The notes: generated from the letters alone by a model not told the origin. Counted from the stretch's first letter, positions 45,562 to 55,504 are shown. The stretch is 64,000 nt of DNA from Candidatus Sulfopaludibacter sp. (GCA_035508155.1 DATJNM010000074.1:15-64014), one strand, 5' to 3'. Program-made: numbers and translations.

Positions 45562-46452
45562 TCAGTAAAAATGCAGAATATTGACTCTCGATCCGCAAGT
45601 TTGCGTGGAGTCCACGCCGATGGCGGTGTCAGGACCACCGGAGGATTGATATGTGGTTGACACGGACAGAGCCGTGTTGCCAAGGCCGTTCAGGACAGGT
45701 CCCGGCATGACTGATGGTGTGAGATTGCCGCTCAGGGAGTTGAACCAAGATCCCGCATTAACCACCACAGTAATGGGCGAGCCACCATTAGGGGGAATAA
45801 AGGAAAGCACCCCGGAACCAGCTCCCATGGCCAGCTCAACGCCTGGATTGGGGGTGGTTTTGGGAGTTTTGCTATCATCGGGGCTCGTGACATCAACAGC
45901 CAGAAAACCCCAGGAACCACGAATGCCGGCAACCCCATTGGGAATTTTGATGATAAATTGCGAAGTGGCGGACATTTTCTTTACGTTGAAGAAGATGCGG
46001 CCTGCGCGCAGATCAAGTTCCGTATCGCTGATCGTCTGCACGCCTGTGTCGAACTGGGTCAGCTTGTCAACGGCCAGCACGGTGTTCCCCCACATCCGGA
46101 TCACGTTTTGTTCAACCGCGGGTTTGTAGGAAACCAATCCGCGGACGTTCGGGTCGGGAGCGAATGCGATCGTACTGGGAGACGGGGCGGCTTGAGGCAT
46201 GGCCACCGCGTTTCCACCAAACACAATGTCCACCGATGAATTGACCGCGCTTTGAATAATGGCGCCAGCTCCGAGCAGCTTGCCGACAACCAGCGGGTGC
46301 CATTGATTATCACCCAATGAATAGCGCGCCTGGCCCTGAATACGCACAACGGTTACGATACAAGGTTTAACGGTCTGGGCTACCCCACTGCTGCCCAGTG
46401 CCAGAACGGCGCCGCCAACCACCATGGTAATCAACGCTGGTATGTATTTCAT
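45562..46452 (-). CDS. FecR-domain secreted protein
   Basis: Signal peptide MKYIPALITMVVGGAVLALGSSGVAQT, then G.ARYS.....W.PL..G..L..GA.I.T...S..D (FecR-like). Confidence 0.6.
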   Translation of the reverse strand: MKYIPALITMVVGGAVLALGSSGVAQTVKPCIVTVVRIQGQARYSLGDNQWHPLVVGKLLGAGAIIQSAVNSSVDIVFGGNAVAMPQAAPSPSTIAFAPDPNVRGLVSYKPAVEQNVIRMWGNTVLAVDKLTQFDTGVQTISDTELDLRAGRIFFNVKKMSATSQFIIKIPNGVAGIRGSWGFLAVDVTSPDDSKTPKTTPNPGVELAMGAGSGVLSFIPPNGGSPITVVVNAGSWFNSLSGNLTPSVMPGPVLNGLGNTALSVSTTYQSSGGPDTAIGVDSTQTCGSRVNILHFY

Positions 46453-46519
46453 AATAGTCGCCCTTCGATAACGGTTTACTGTATGCAAAGTATAAATCTC
46501 CGCACGCAAATGTCAAATC

Positions 46520-48442
46520 TCATTTTTGTGTTGGAAGCTCCTGGAAATCAGCGGGTAAAAGGCTCTGGCTGCAGGCGTTTTCGACCAGTTTACGCTCGCA
46601 TATTTCCAAATAGGAACGACCGATTACATTGTCTTGCCAATGGAGCTGCATGGACCGTGCCAGCCATGACCGGGCCGCAGCGTAATCTTCGATCTGCACG
46701 AAATGCCAGCCTACGTTGGCAACCGTGTAATACCCATTGGGATCGAGCACCTCCGCACGGCTGAAATATGGCCATGCCTCGGCATGTTGTCCCAGCCAGT
46801 CGAGACACATCCCGTAGCGTAAATCATTGTAGCCGTCGTAAGGGTCCAGTTTCAGGCTGCGCGCATACCATTGCATCGCCGTCTTTGCAAGCTCCTCGTA
46901 GTTTTGACCGCCCTTGAAACTTTGAAGGCGGTACGCTTCGCCAATACGATAGGCCGTTTCGAAATTCATCGGCTCGGCGTCAAACGCCTTGGTCAAAGAC
47001 GCAGCCCAGGCGGAAGAATATTCCGGCAGCTGATAAGCGCGTATCAGCCAAAATTGTTCACGAGTCCCGCGCCATTCCTGCAGGCCCAGGCACACCACTC
47101 CGCCAATCAACATCAAAGTCGCCAGCGTTCTGGCCCGAGGCTGTGCCGTCAGCCAATAACGTTCCGTGGCCAATGGCAGGCTGCTGCTCAATAACGCCAG
47201 CAGGGTGACTCCGAGAATCGCATTGGCCGGAATGTGGAGATTGAAATCCGCCAGTGAATGGACCGCCAGCGCCAGCAGGCCGGAGGAGGCGCCGAGGAAA
47301 AAGGCGAACTGGCTGCTCAGGCCGCGGCCAGGATCGTTTTCCGGCGGACGGACCTGTTTCCTTGTTTTCAACAACCCGGCGACGAAGACGACCATGCCCG
47401 CCAAGACAATGACTCCACCGACCGTGCCCCAGTCCGCCAGCAAGTTCAGGTAATCATTATGCGCCCACTCAGGACGCATCTGCATGCTTTCAGGGCGATA
47501 TTCCCTGAAACGGTAGTCGTAATGCCCGGGCCCGACCCCCCACCAGAAATGATCACGCCACATTCGCAGGGCGGCGCCCCACATGTCGCGCCGCATACCC
47601 CAGTCGGTTTGCACGAACGTCTCCGGAGTTTTTATTCGTTGAACGTAGCCTGGCGCAGTCGCTGAATATTTCGTGACAAAAATCGTTCCGCCGACCACCA
47701 GGATGATTAACAAACCAAGCGCGGGAAAACGATGATTGCGGTGGCAGCCGAGAATCAGCAACAGAGTCAACAAGCCCACCGCGGTTGCCGCCCAGCCGCC
47801 GCGTGAAAAGGTCACCGCCAACCCGGCCATGATGCCGAACACCGCGTAAGTGAGCAGTGCGCGCATCAAGGGTTTGATGCGTCCGACCAGCGCGTAAGCG
47901 ACCGCCAGCGGCAAAAGCATTTCCAGAAGCCCGGCCAAATCATTTGGTGAGATATAGGTGCCCGATCCCCGCCCCGGATAAGGCGAGGCAAACGTCCATA
48001 CCAGATAGCTGCGCGTAAGATACTGATAGGCCGCGTAGCCCGAAATTCCCGCCGCCAGAAAAATCAGCGTGAAGCTGATGATCTGCGCCGATTCCGGTTG
48101 CTGCAAATTATTGACGATGGCAAAAAACAAAAAGGTGTACACCAACACCTGGATCGTTTCCTGCCGTGCCACGTATTCAATATCAGCGGTGAGGTAACGG
48201 CCGATGGCATAGACGGCAAACGCCAGCACCACCCAACCGATCGGCGGGCAGAACAGCCGGGGATGGGGGCTGATCCACAACCGCAACGCCCAAACCAGCA
48301 TCACGCCGATCGCCAGGGCTTGAATAATGAGAAACGCCCACGCGTCCACCGCGCCCATCGCCAGCGGGCCAAAGACGAGGATGGCGAGCACAAGAAAGAG
48401 GATGCCCCGCCCGCACCAACGATCCAAAGCTTCACAATTCAT
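46520..48442 (-). CDS. O-antigen ligase (Wzy_C)-like polytopic membrane protein with C-terminal TPR repeats
   Basis: More than 10 TM helices with a ...FSRGGWAATAVG.. loop, plus C-terminal TPR-like repeats (AYRIGEAYR..., YARSLKLDP...). Confidence 0.7.
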   Translation of the reverse strand: MNCEALDRWCGRGILFLVLAILVFGPLAMGAVDAWAFLIIQALAIGVMLVWALRLWISPHPRLFCPPIGWVVLAFAVYAIGRYLTADIEYVARQETIQVLVYTFLFFAIVNNLQQPESAQIISFTLIFLAAGISGYAAYQYLTRSYLVWTFASPYPGRGSGTYISPNDLAGLLEMLLPLAVAYALVGRIKPLMRALLTYAVFGIMAGLAVTFSRGGWAATAVGLLTLLLILGCHRNHRFPALGLLIILVVGGTIFVTKYSATAPGYVQRIKTPETFVQTDWGMRRDMWGAALRMWRDHFWWGVGPGHYDYRFREYRPESMQMRPEWAHNDYLNLLADWGTVGGVIVLAGMVVFVAGLLKTRKQVRPPENDPGRGLSSQFAFFLGASSGLLALAVHSLADFNLHIPANAILGVTLLALLSSSLPLATERYWLTAQPRARTLATLMLIGGVVCLGLQEWRGTREQFWLIRAYQLPEYSSAWAASLTKAFDAEPMNFETAYRIGEAYRLQSFKGGQNYEELAKTAMQWYARSLKLDPYDGYNDLRYGMCLDWLGQHAEAWPYFSRAEVLDPNGYYTVANVGWHFVQIEDYAAARSWLARSMQLHWQDNVIGRSYLEICERKLVENACSQSLLPADFQELPTQK

Positions 48443-48552
48443 GCCGCAAGATGAAAATGACTAAAGAAGAGGAAGAATGAAGAAGCGATTTTGCACAAGC
48501 TCAATTTCTTGACGGCCATTTTGGCATTCTCCATTCTGCCTGAGAGCTTTTT

Positions 48553-49662
48553 ATGACCGATCCGCGTTACTCAAAACTGGCCAGACTGCTGGTGGTCTAT
48601 TCGACCGAATTGAAAAAGGGCGACCGCGTCCTGCTCGACATGATTGACGTGCCCGATGAATTCGCCATTGAACTCATCCGCGCCGTCCGCGCGGCGGGTG
48701 CCACGCCCCTGGTGGAAGTCCGGCACACGCGGGTTTCCCGCGAGCTGTTGCTGGGAATGAACGACCGGCACGCCGCGCTCGTTCGTGACCTCGAGTTATT
48801 CCGCATGAAAAAAGTGCAGGCCTACATCGCCATTCGCGGCAGCGAAAATGCGAGTGAAAATTCCGACGTGCCGGGTCATCGCATGGCGCTTTACTCGCGC
48901 CTCACGCGGCCGGTGCTGGATTGGCGCATCAACAGAACGCGCTGGTGCGTCCTGCGCTGGCCGACGCCGAGCATGGCCCAGGCCGCCGGCATGAGCACCG
49001 AGGCGTTCGAGGATTTGTATTTTGACGTTTGCACGATGGATTACGCGAAAATGGCGCGGGCGATGGTTCCGCTCGAGCGGCGGATGAGGCGGGCCGACCG
49101 GGTTCAGCTTAAAGCGCCGGGAACGGATTTGAAATTCAGCATCAAGGGTATCGGCGCCAAGATGTGCCGGGGCGACCGTAACATTCCCGACGGCGAAGTG
49201 TTTTCCTGCCCGGCCAGGGATTCGGTGAACGGCGTGATACAATTCAACACGCCGACGATTTATTCGGGAACGAAATTCGAGAATATCCGGCTGGAGTTCA
49301 AAGACGGCAAAATCGTTGATGCGCTGGCGAATAATCCAAGGCGGTTGAATGAAATTTTGAACACGGACGCCGGGGCGCGCTACGTGGGGGAATTCTCGCT
49401 GGGTTTCAATCCCTATATCCTGAATCCGATGTGCGACATTCTCTTTGACGAAAAAATCGCCGGTTCACTGCATTTCACGCCCGGCCAGGCTTACGAAGAA
49501 TGCGACAACGGCAACCGCTCGGCGGTGCACTGGGACATGGTGCTGATTCAACGCAAGGAATGGGGCGGCGGCGAGGTATGGTTCGACGGCGAACTCATCC
49601 GCAAGGACGGCATGTTTGTCCCGAAGGATTTGAAGCCCCTGAATCCCGCGAATCTGAAATAA
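48553..49662 (+). CDS. Aminopeptidase, M29 family (AmpS/PepS-like)
   Basis: YSKLARLLVVYSTELKKGDRVLL...NIPDGEVF..P....NG.I.F......G.....I.L.F.DG.I...GEF..G.N...HWDMV. Confidence 0.8.
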   Translation: MTDPRYSKLARLLVVYSTELKKGDRVLLDMIDVPDEFAIELIRAVRAAGATPLVEVRHTRVSRELLLGMNDRHAALVRDLELFRMKKVQAYIAIRGSENASENSDVPGHRMALYSRLTRPVLDWRINRTRWCVLRWPTPSMAQAAGMSTEAFEDLYFDVCTMDYAKMARAMVPLERRMRRADRVQLKAPGTDLKFSIKGIGAKMCRGDRNIPDGEVFSCPARDSVNGVIQFNTPTIYSGTKFENIRLEFKDGKIVDALANNPRRLNEILNTDAGARYVGEFSLGFNPYILNPMCDILFDEKIAGSLHFTPGQAYEECDNGNRSAVHWDMVLIQRKEWGGGEVWFDGELIRKDGMFVPKDLKPLNPANLK

Positions 49663-49666
49663 GTTC

Positions 49667-50548
49667 TTAAATCGAATCTTTGAGGATCGTCAGAAACTGC
49701 TTCATGGCCGGCGAAAGGACCTTGTTTTTCTTGTAGAGGACGGCCAGGGGCCGGAAGAAGGAGCCGTCTTCCAGGGGCACGGCGGCCAGGGTTTGCTTGG
49801 CGACTTCCTGCGCGACGGTGCCTTCCGGCACGATGGAAACCCCCGCGTCAATTTCCACCGCGCGTTTCACCGTTTCGATATTATCGAATTCCATGACGTT
49901 GTTCACGTTCACGTCGTACTCCTTCAAAATCTTGTCCAGCGCCTTGCGCGTTGGGATGTCCGGTTCGAAGCCGATGAATTTCTGGCCGGCGAGTGTCTTG
50001 AGTTTGACCGATTTTGATTTGGCAAACGGATGCTGGGGATGGCAGATCAGCACCAGCGGCTCTTTGCGCAACGGGATGATTTCCAGCTTGGAGTCCTTTA
50101 TCGGATACGCCACCAGTCCCATGTCCACGACATTGCCCAGCACGTCTTCATAAACCTGATTGGCGCGGCGGTATTCGACATGAACATTCACCGTCGGATA
50201 AACCTTCATGAATTTTTTGATGTACGGCGGCAAATCGTGCAGACCGATGCTGTAAATCGTCGCTACGCGAATCGTGCCGGAAATAATGTCCTTCAACTCC
50301 TGCAGTTTGCTGTGCAGGGACTCGTAAGTCTGGATGATCTGTTTGCTGTAGTCGTACAGGACCTGGCCTTCGCGCGTGAGGCGAAACTTCTTTTTGCTGC
50401 GTTCGATGAGCAGGGATTTGAAGGTGCGTTCGAGTGAACTGATTTGCTGGCTCACCGCGGATTGGGTCACGCCGTTGATTTGCGCGGCCTTGGTAAAGCT
50501 TTCGGTTTCAGCCAAATCACAGAATACTTTCAGGCTTTCGATTTGCAT
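49667..50548 (-). CDS. LysR family transcriptional regulator
   Basis: MQIESLKVFCDLAETESFTKAAQINGVTQSAVSQQISSLE (wHTH) plus a substrate-binding domain. Confidence 0.9.
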   Translation of the reverse strand: MQIESLKVFCDLAETESFTKAAQINGVTQSAVSQQISSLERTFKSLLIERSKKKFRLTREGQVLYDYSKQIIQTYESLHSKLQELKDIISGTIRVATIYSIGLHDLPPYIKKFMKVYPTVNVHVEYRRANQVYEDVLGNVVDMGLVAYPIKDSKLEIIPLRKEPLVLICHPQHPFAKSKSVKLKTLAGQKFIGFEPDIPTRKALDKILKEYDVNVNNVMEFDNIETVKRAVEIDAGVSIVPEGTVAQEVAKQTLAAVPLEDGSFFRPLAVLYKKNKVLSPAMKQFLTILKDSI

Positions 50549-50594
50549 GGGTTATTTGTTTAGCAGAAAACCTAAACATCAGTCAACATTATGT

Positions 50595-52172
50595 TCACCC
50601 ATTATGTTCAGCCGCTGGTTCAGCCGATTCCACCGCCAGGGCCTGGCGCACTTTGCCAAGCAATTCCCGGCTGGTGTAGGGCTTTTGCAGAAACAGCAGG
50701 CCGATCTGCTGGTCCGGCGGCAATACACAGCCGCTCGCGCACAAAATGCGTATCTTCGGCAGGAGCTGGCGAATCCTTTCGACGAATTCGCGACCGCCCA
50801 TGGTCGGCATCACGAGGTCCGTCACAACCAAATCCACGTGCGCGTCGTCGCGCGATAACAGCGCCAGCGCCTTTTGGGCGCTGTTGGCCGTCAGCACGTG
50901 ATAGCCGTATTCGGACAGGATCGTCTCCGCCATCGTCAGCAAAATATCTTCGTCGTCCACCACCAGGACGGTTTCCGTGCCGTTCAGGTTCTCCTCGGTG
51001 TCCGCGCTTTCCCGGACGAAGTGTTTCTCCGCCGGCAGATAAACGCGCGTGGAAGTGCCCGTGCCCGGCTGGCTCGACACGGCCACGCCGCCCGCGTGAT
51101 TGGTCACAATGCCGTAAACCAATGCCAGTCCGAGTCCGCGGTGCCCGCTGCCTTTGGTGGTGAAAAACGGTTCAAAAATCCGCGGCAACACGTCCGGCTC
51201 GATCCCTTTCCCGTTGTCCACAATCTCGACGCAGACGTACGTGCCGGCATTGAGGTGCACGCTGCAGTCCTGGGTGGACTCGGTGAGTTCAATGTTGCGC
51301 GTCTGCACGGCGATTTGTCCCATGCCATTGAGCGCTTCCACCGCGTTCTCCAGAATTTTCGTCATCGCCTGTTGTACTTTGGCCTCGTCAAAGCGCACGG
51401 CAAACAATTCCCGCTCGAACTGGGTGTGCCAGATGATTTGCCCGGCATTGGCGTTGCGGAAAAATTCCACGCAGCGCTGGGTCACGGCATTCAAATTGCC
51501 CGGCGGCACCCGGCGCGCCTGTTGCCGCTCTTGCTGGCTGAACATGGCGAGTTCGTTGGCGATTTCCGCCGCCTTGGAGGCGGATTTTTCCACCTCCAGC
51601 AACGAATGTCGCCACGGATGCCCGGGTTCGGCCTTGCTCAATAAAAATGATGTGTGGCCGAGAATACTCGTGAGCGCATTGTTGAAATCCAGTGACATCG
51701 TGCGGGCCAGTTGCAGGGCGCAATCCAGTCTCTGTTTGAGGGTCAGTCCCGCGTCGGCTTCGGTTTTGTTCTCGGCCGGGGGTGAGACCGGAGGGGAAGC
51801 CGCGGGCGCCGCCGGCGGGTTCGTTGCGGACGGCGGCGTGGACAGGGGCAACAATTGGAAAACAAACCATTTTCGGCCGTCCTTGGCGAAGGTGCAGATG
51901 GAAACGGTGCAGGCGACCATGGGGCCGTTCGGCGCGCGAAATTTCAAATTGACCACCGGCGTGGGCGACCGCTCCCAGCGCGTGAGGAAGTCCACCGCCG
52001 TCGTGCCGTTTTCCGCGGGCCAGATGGCCGACAGCAACGGCGCCTCACCCGACAGCACCGCGCCGAAGGCGGCCGACGCGGAGGTATTGGCGCGCATAAT
52101 CACACCGTTGGCGTCCACCAGCAACGCGGGCCAGGCGGAGCTCTCCAAACCAAATACAATTTCCGGCTTCAT
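50595..52172 (-). CDS. Hybrid sensor histidine kinase/response regulator (PAS-HisKA-HATPase-REC)
   Basis: H-box FNNALTSILGHTSF, N/G boxes (NAVEAL...DNGKGI...GLGLA), and a C-terminal receiver (VLVVDDE...DLVVTDLVMP). Confidence 0.85.
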   Translation of the reverse strand: MKPEIVFGLESSAWPALLVDANGVIMRANTSASAAFGAVLSGEAPLLSAIWPAENGTTAVDFLTRWERSPTPVVNLKFRAPNGPMVACTVSICTFAKDGRKWFVFQLLPLSTPPSATNPPAAPAASPPVSPPAENKTEADAGLTLKQRLDCALQLARTMSLDFNNALTSILGHTSFLLSKAEPGHPWRHSLLEVEKSASKAAEIANELAMFSQQERQQARRVPPGNLNAVTQRCVEFFRNANAGQIIWHTQFERELFAVRFDEAKVQQAMTKILENAVEALNGMGQIAVQTRNIELTESTQDCSVHLNAGTYVCVEIVDNGKGIEPDVLPRIFEPFFTTKGSGHRGLGLALVYGIVTNHAGGVAVSSQPGTGTSTRVYLPAEKHFVRESADTEENLNGTETVLVVDDEDILLTMAETILSEYGYHVLTANSAQKALALLSRDDAHVDLVVTDLVMPTMGGREFVERIRQLLPKIRILCASGCVLPPDQQIGLLFLQKPYTSRELLGKVRQALAVESAEPAAEHNG

Positions 52173-52530
52173 TCCGCTGAAAAAAACCAGATTACGCTTC
52201 GGGTCAAAAATTTCAAGGTGCGGCCATTGGAATGGCGCTGGCCGAGGTTTTTACCCACCCATTGCCGACGCCGGTCAACGCGCGGTTGTTTCTGTTCGAC
52301 GCCGCCACGCCCTATCAGTTTTGCCATATAAATTCATGAAGTTTTTCAGCAATTCCACTGCCAAAAGCTCCACCTTTTTTGCGGTTTTCAACACTTCCGC
52401 GTGCGACAACGGGCCATTAGCCGTGCCCGCCGCCGGATTGGTGATCCCAACACCATCGTCAGCGTCGGGCGTAACCGGGAAATCTGTTTTAATCGGGCGT
52501 CGGCGGTGCCGGGCAAAACAGGGTGTTCCA

Positions 52531-52974
52531 TTACAGACCTCTCATAAAGGCGATGGTTATGGCCAGACAAACAACGAAAAGGAACATGCCGCCGATGGCC
52601 GTGAGGAAATGCCCGACCAGTAAAGAAGCGCCGAAGAACGAAAGCATCAATTGGAACAACAGCAGCACGATGATTTCGTACCGGCTCCAGTCTTCGAGAT
52701 GGGTGAGCTTGTAAATAATTCCTACGATGATGGCCGGAACGAATAAACGTGAGGCCAGGAACGGTCCGGTAAGGGGCAGGAACGTGACAACCGCCCAAAC
52801 GCTGGCTCCTTCAATCAGCGAAGCCACAACTGCTATGGCGGCCTCCTTCCCCAGGCTGTGCAGGGTGAGGTCATTTTCAATCAAGGCAAAAAAAACCGCA
52901 GACAGCAAAAGGGCAAGCCCAAGCGTCACGAACGCAAGCACCCAGAGTTCAAAAATGTGCAATACCGGCTGCAT
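52531..52974 (-). CDS. Hypothetical membrane protein (four helices)
   Basis: 147 aa, strongly hydrophobic. No family recognised. Confidence 0.5.
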   Translation of the reverse strand: MQPVLHIFELWVLAFVTLGLALLLSAVFFALIENDLTLHSLGKEAAIAVVASLIEGASVWAVVTFLPLTGPFLASRLFVPAIIVGIIYKLTHLEDWSRYEIIVLLLFQLMLSFFGASLLVGHFLTAIGGMFLFVVCLAITIAFMRGL

Positions 52975-53019
52975 GGCTTGATTTATGCAACTTTTGCCAT
53001 ATTATGGCTTGCTCGAATC

Positions 53020-54159
53020 ATGGAATTGAACAATGACGAAATCCGCCGTTACTCGCGGCACTTGATTCTGCCAGATGTGGGTCTGGCCGGCCAAAAGAAA
53101 ATCAAGGCCACCAGCGTCCTGTGCATCGGCGCCGGCGGCCTCGGCTCGCCCATCGCCCTGTACCTCGCCGCCGCCGGCATCGGCAAGCTCGGCATCGTGG
53201 ATTTCGACATCGTGGATTATTCCAACCTCCAACGCCAGATTCTTCACACTGACGCGGACGTGGGCCGTTCGAAAGCCGAGTCCGCCAAAGAAACCATTCA
53301 AGGCATCAATCCGAATGTTGAAGTCGTCCTCCACAACACGCGCATCACGTCCGAAAACGCGCTCGACCTCATCCGGCCCTACGACATCGTGGTGGATGGC
53401 ACAGATAATTTCCCGACGCGCTATCTCACCAACGACGCCTGCGTGCTTCTGAAGAAACCCAATGTTTATGGCTCGATCTTCCGGTTCGAGGGCCAGGCCA
53501 GCGTGTTCGCCCCGCATCTCGGGGGGCCGTGTTACCGCTGTCTGTATCCCGAACCGCCGCCGCCCGGCATGGTGCCCAGTTGCGCGGAAGGTGGCGTGCT
53601 CGGCGTATTGCCCGGCATCATTGGTTGCATCCAGGCCACGGAGATTTTGAAGCTCGCCATCGGCCGGGGCGGTTCGCTCGTCGGCCGACTGCTGTTGTTC
53701 AATGCCCTCGACATGAAGTTCCGCGAACTGAAATTGCGGCGCGACCCCGAATGTCCCATTTGCGGCGAGCATCCCACCATCAAGGAATTGATTGATTATG
53801 AAATGTTCTGCGGCATTCAACCGGAGCTGGCGGAAAATGCCAACGAAGTGACGGTACAGGAAATGAAGAAGGCATTGGACGATCCGAAGCTTGGCGTCAA
53901 GGTGATTGACGTGCGCGAGCCGTTTGAATATGAAATCGCGCACGTTGACGGCGTGCCGTTGTTGCCCCTGAGCCAGCTCCGCCAACGTTTTACCGAACTC
54001 GACCCGAACCAGCAGTACTATCTGCTCTGCAAGGTTGGCGCGCGCTCGCATCAGGCGGCGGAATTTCTGCGCGAGCAGGGTTTCAAATACGTCAAAAACG
54101 TCCGGGACGGCATCAACGCGTGGTCGGAGGAAATTGATTCCAACGTGCCGCGGTATTGA
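53020..54159 (+). CDS. moeB: Molybdopterin-synthase/ThiF-family adenylyltransferase with C-terminal rhodanese domain
   Basis: RYSRHLILPDVGLAGQKKI....VLCIGAGGLGSP, CxxC pairs (CYRCL, CPIC), and a rhodanese tail (..VIDVREPFEYEIAH..G..LLP...YYLLCKVGARS). Confidence 0.85.
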   Translation: MELNNDEIRRYSRHLILPDVGLAGQKKIKATSVLCIGAGGLGSPIALYLAAAGIGKLGIVDFDIVDYSNLQRQILHTDADVGRSKAESAKETIQGINPNVEVVLHNTRITSENALDLIRPYDIVVDGTDNFPTRYLTNDACVLLKKPNVYGSIFRFEGQASVFAPHLGGPCYRCLYPEPPPPGMVPSCAEGGVLGVLPGIIGCIQATEILKLAIGRGGSLVGRLLLFNALDMKFRELKLRRDPECPICGEHPTIKELIDYEMFCGIQPELAENANEVTVQEMKKALDDPKLGVKVIDVREPFEYEIAHVDGVPLLPLSQLRQRFTELDPNQQYYLLCKVGARSHQAAEFLREQGFKYVKNVRDGINAWSEEIDSNVPRY

Positions 54160-54163
54160 AATC

Positions 54164-54649
54164 ATGACTGACGAATTGCAGAAACGCATTCAGGCTGCCC
54201 TCGCCAACCCGCAGAACTTAGGCGAACTGGCCAACGCGGATGCCGTCGGCACGGTGGGCAACGCCGATTGCGGCGAGATGCTGCGACTCTGGGTGAAATT
54301 CAAGGAGCAGAACGGCAAAAAAGTGATTGACCGCGCCACGTTTCAATCGTTTGGCTGCGAAACCGCCATCGCTGTGGCCAGCCTCGCCACCGAATTGATC
54401 CGCGGTAAAACCGCCGAGGAAGCGCTGGCGCTCAAGACCGAAGAACTGGCGGGCGAACTCGGCCCGTTGCCGCCCATGAAAATCCATTGCGCCCAGCTCG
54501 TCGAAGGCGCGCTCCGTTCCGCGCTCGAACCGGGAAAGGTGGAAAGCGAAACGGCCGCTCCCGCCCACTCACCGACCTTGCTCGACAGCTTTTCCCGACC
54601 CCAGGACGGTCCCGTAAAATTGACCTTCCTGGATGAGGAGAAAAAGTAG
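54164..54649 (+). CDS. IscU/NifU N-terminal-like Fe-S scaffold protein
   Basis: Three conserved Cys in context: GNADCGEML, FGCETAIA, IHCAQL. Starts 4 nt after the moeB stop. Confidence 0.7.
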   Translation: MTDELQKRIQAALANPQNLGELANADAVGTVGNADCGEMLRLWVKFKEQNGKKVIDRATFQSFGCETAIAVASLATELIRGKTAEEALALKTEELAGELGPLPPMKIHCAQLVEGALRSALEPGKVESETAAPAHSPTLLDSFSRPQDGPVKLTFLDEEKK

Positions 54650-54702
54650 GGACGTTGCGTTGGCGGTCCAAATTTCGGGGACGGCGACACGTCCTCCCTC
54701 CC
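54649..54702. repeat. GC-rich palindrome (GGGAGGG...CCCTCCC family), intergenic copy between convergent genes
   Basis: GGGACGTTGCGTTGGCGGTCCAAATTTCGGGGACGGCGACACGTCCTCCCTCCC aligns with 13674-13731. Confidence 0.7.
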
Positions 54703-54703
54703 G

Positions 54704-55396
54704 CTAAGGTTTTTCACCCCGCAACTTTTTCAACGCCGCCCGGGCCGCGTCGCTCTCGGCGGTTTTTTTGCTCTTGCCGGAACCGCGCGCCAGTTCCACC
54801 CCGGCGTGCTGCACGACACATTCAAATACCCGGTCATGATCGGGTCCGGTGGCGGCGAGGACATAGTATTCCGGCGCTTCGGGCGAGCGCGCCTGTAAGA
54901 ACTCCTGCAGCTCGCCCTTTGGATTTTCGATGGTCGGCGGCACGCTTAACTTGCTGAACGCCGCGCTGAATTGGCGCAAAACAAATTCCCGCGCCACGCC
55001 GAAACCGCCATCCAGAAAAATTGCGCCGAGCAGGGACTCAAATGCGTCCGCGAGCGTGGACGTCCGCTCCCGCCCGCCGCTGGTTTCTTCGCCGTGGCTG
55101 AGAATCAGGTGCGCGCCCAGATCGAGTCCGCGGGCCTGCTCGGCCAACGTGCGGCGGTTGACCAGTTTGGCGCGGCCCTTGGTCAGCGGTCCCTCATCGA
55201 ACGCGGGAAACTTTTCGTAAAGCTCGTGGGTCAGGATGAGCTGCAACACGGCGTCGCCGAGGAATTCCAGACGCTGATTGTGCGGCACCGGCACACCGCC
55301 TTCATGCGCAACCGACGGATGCGTCAGCGCCAGCCGCAGCAGACCCTCGTCGCGAAAGGTGTAGCCAAGGCGGGTCTGAAGGTCGGCGAGAGACAT
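54704..55396 (-). CDS. rnc: Ribonuclease III
   Basis: NQRLEFLGDAVL signature plus a C-terminal dsRBD (G.GKSKK.AE..AA). Confidence 0.9.
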   Translation of the reverse strand: MSLADLQTRLGYTFRDEGLLRLALTHPSVAHEGGVPVPHNQRLEFLGDAVLQLILTHELYEKFPAFDEGPLTKGRAKLVNRRTLAEQARGLDLGAHLILSHGEETSGGRERTSTLADAFESLLGAIFLDGGFGVAREFVLRQFSAAFSKLSVPPTIENPKGELQEFLQARSPEAPEYYVLAATGPDHDRVFECVVQHAGVELARGSGKSKKTAESDAARAALKKLRGEKP

Positions 55397-55504
55397 TTAT
55401 GATTTACAATTTATGATTGATGATTCCCCGACTACGAAACGATTTTCACCATGACCCGCGTGAATGTCTGCAATCGCAAATCGTGAAGCATAAATCATAA
55501 ATCA
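55397..55504. repeat. Heptamer-periodic imperfect palindrome (TTTATGA / AAATCGN words)
   Basis: Left arm TTTATGA TTTACAA TTTATGA TTGATGA. Right arm CAATCGC AAATCGT GAAGCAT AAATCAT AAATCAC. It abuts the rnc start and contains the upstream gene's stop codon. Confidence 0.8.

Noticed and set aside
52173-52530. Small ORFs in the 358-bp spacer upstream of the hybrid kinase (e.g. plus-strand MKFFSNSTAKSSTFF..., minus-strand tail of 52388..52798).
   Set aside because: No ribosome-binding context, no recognisable motif, and they overlap other spurious frames. Left as intergenic or regulatory DNA.
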